From Octopus bimaculoides (lineage: Eukaryota), in NCBI RefSeq assembly GCF_001194135.2, contig NC_068982.1, forward strand, positions 168,762,281 to 168,826,280: a DNA stretch of 64,000 nt. Direction: 5' to 3'. The translations under genes were made by a program, and so were the position numbers. Position 1 is the stretch's first letter, and each line of letters starts with the position of its first letter. The notes beneath the pieces were generated by a model. It ran no database searches. It was not told the origin of the DNA and saw nothing but the letters and a program-made list of their open reading frames with translations. This document shows, one piece after another, positions 62,513-64,000 of this stretch.

Positions 62513-64000
62513 TGATTGATAACTATGACACCGGATAGTGAGTGAGAGACAGAGAGAAAAAAAGAAGCTTAGAAATTTTGTAATAGGGGAAAAAAACAAA
62601 CAGTGAAACAATATAAATCCAGTTGTTGTTTCTTTATCTGTTTGTGACGTCTTCTAGACATCAACAAGGAATTCTTGGATATTTATAACATGACTTCAAC
62701 AAACGTCTACTCAAAACAGCTGCAGCTGATGCTGTCATTGTATCTTTTATATAGACTTTAGCTTGAGAGTGTATATCATGCGATAAAGAAGATACAGGAA
62801 ATATAAGTCTGAAGCTGTCCATTGCATCAGCGTCTGGTTGTATTTTATATCAGATGGTAAAAGAGTCAGTGGTAGTGTACGGCACCAGCTCGACTCTTAC
62901 CGACAAGATCTATGACTAAAGACATTCCCTCCGTGAACGATTACATTATTCAAAGCGTATCCTTTCTATTTTTATGAGGCAGTGAAGTGTGATTGGAAGA
63001 TTTTGCTCGCCATTTCAAGCAATTTAAACAACTCTCACTTTTTTTTTTTTTTTTTGCTATAATAAATAAATCGAGTTTTGTGCATAAAGTAATAGATTAT
63101 TTCGTGAACGAATGTTACGTCAATAGATAAATTATATTATTCAATAGACATACGTTTTATTACGAACTACATGTTACACTGCTTGATCAAAAATTCCTTT
63201 GTTGTGTAGGTGTAAAATTTAAACTAATTCAAGGTTTTTGTATGTACTGAATCCAAAAGTCACATTATTTTTGTCAAATTAACGCTAGCTTCTGAGATAT
63301 AACCTTTAAATATTCATTTTACACCATTCGATTCACAGTAGTTGACGGATGCAATAATAATAAATTTATCCTTTTACATGGTGTATATCCTGTCTAATTT
63401 CTAATACAATCTTATCATTAATATAGGAATATCTATTTTATAGATTCATATAAGTTAATCATAAAGAATCTGCTTACTTAAATCTAATACAGTCAGTAGC
63501 GAATACAGTTTACAAAACTGTTAGAAAAGCCCCACTATTTTTGTGAGAAAATATATCTTAATGATTTTGGAATGAAACTTGGTGACAAAGATATGTTTTG
63601 GGGTTCTCCTAAAATATGTCTGCAGAATACCTACGACAATGAAAGAAGTAGAGAAAAGAAAGGGTTGAAGTCGGTGTGCCTCTGGTGTTCAGAGCTTCCT
63701 AAAACCATCACAATGATTATCGCTACTTCGCAGAATCCTATTCTTATTTTAACACAGTGGTGACATTCCTATTATAATGTTTATATCCCTTCTGCAACCT
63801 TCTATAATCAGAGTTTGATTAAAATTAGGGCGTAGAGTGTAATACAGACGATAACAGTGAAAGAGACTATGAAGGATGCTCTTTAACACCTGAGAAGATT
63901 TTTCCAAAAGAAGCACAATGTTTCGATAGAAGAACTGTCTGTCAAAGTGAGCATCTAAGCTTCTAGAATGTAGGCTTAAAGAAGTGTCTAAACTTTCAAA

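Overview
Eukaryotic, AT-rich, repeat-dense scaffold segment with 15 N-gaps and many microsatellites. I found no confidently supported host protein-coding gene, no rRNA, no true tRNA and no CRISPR array. The SINE sequences look like the abundant Octopus (coleoid cephalopod) tRNA-derived SINEs; this is recognition from memory, not a database result. The identifiable content is decayed transposable elements: a Penelope-like element (RT + GIY-YIG, 43.4-45.4 kb, minus strand), an RTE LINE remnant (31.8-32.9 kb), three R4/Dong-type RLE-LINE fragments, a CR1-group LINE remnant, two internally deleted mariners, one deleted Tc1-like element, a three-copy mariner MITE and about 14 SINE copies. Most listed ORFs are microsatellite- or gap-derived. 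The most interesting signal is RNA-level: at least four unrelated short-repeat families carry hand-foldable type I hammerhead-ribozyme motifs. These are (A) two TSD-bounded fold-back elements with outward-pointing hammerheads around an (AAT)n core, one with an empty paralogous site nearby and one invaded by an R4/Dong LINE; (B) a three-copy family with a fixed non-canonical CUGUUGA core; (C) a solitary motif at 33.9 kb between 71-bp direct repeats; and (D) a degenerate motif in an inverted-plus-tandem triplet at 40.4-41.15 kb. Ribozyme activity is inferred only from manual folding.
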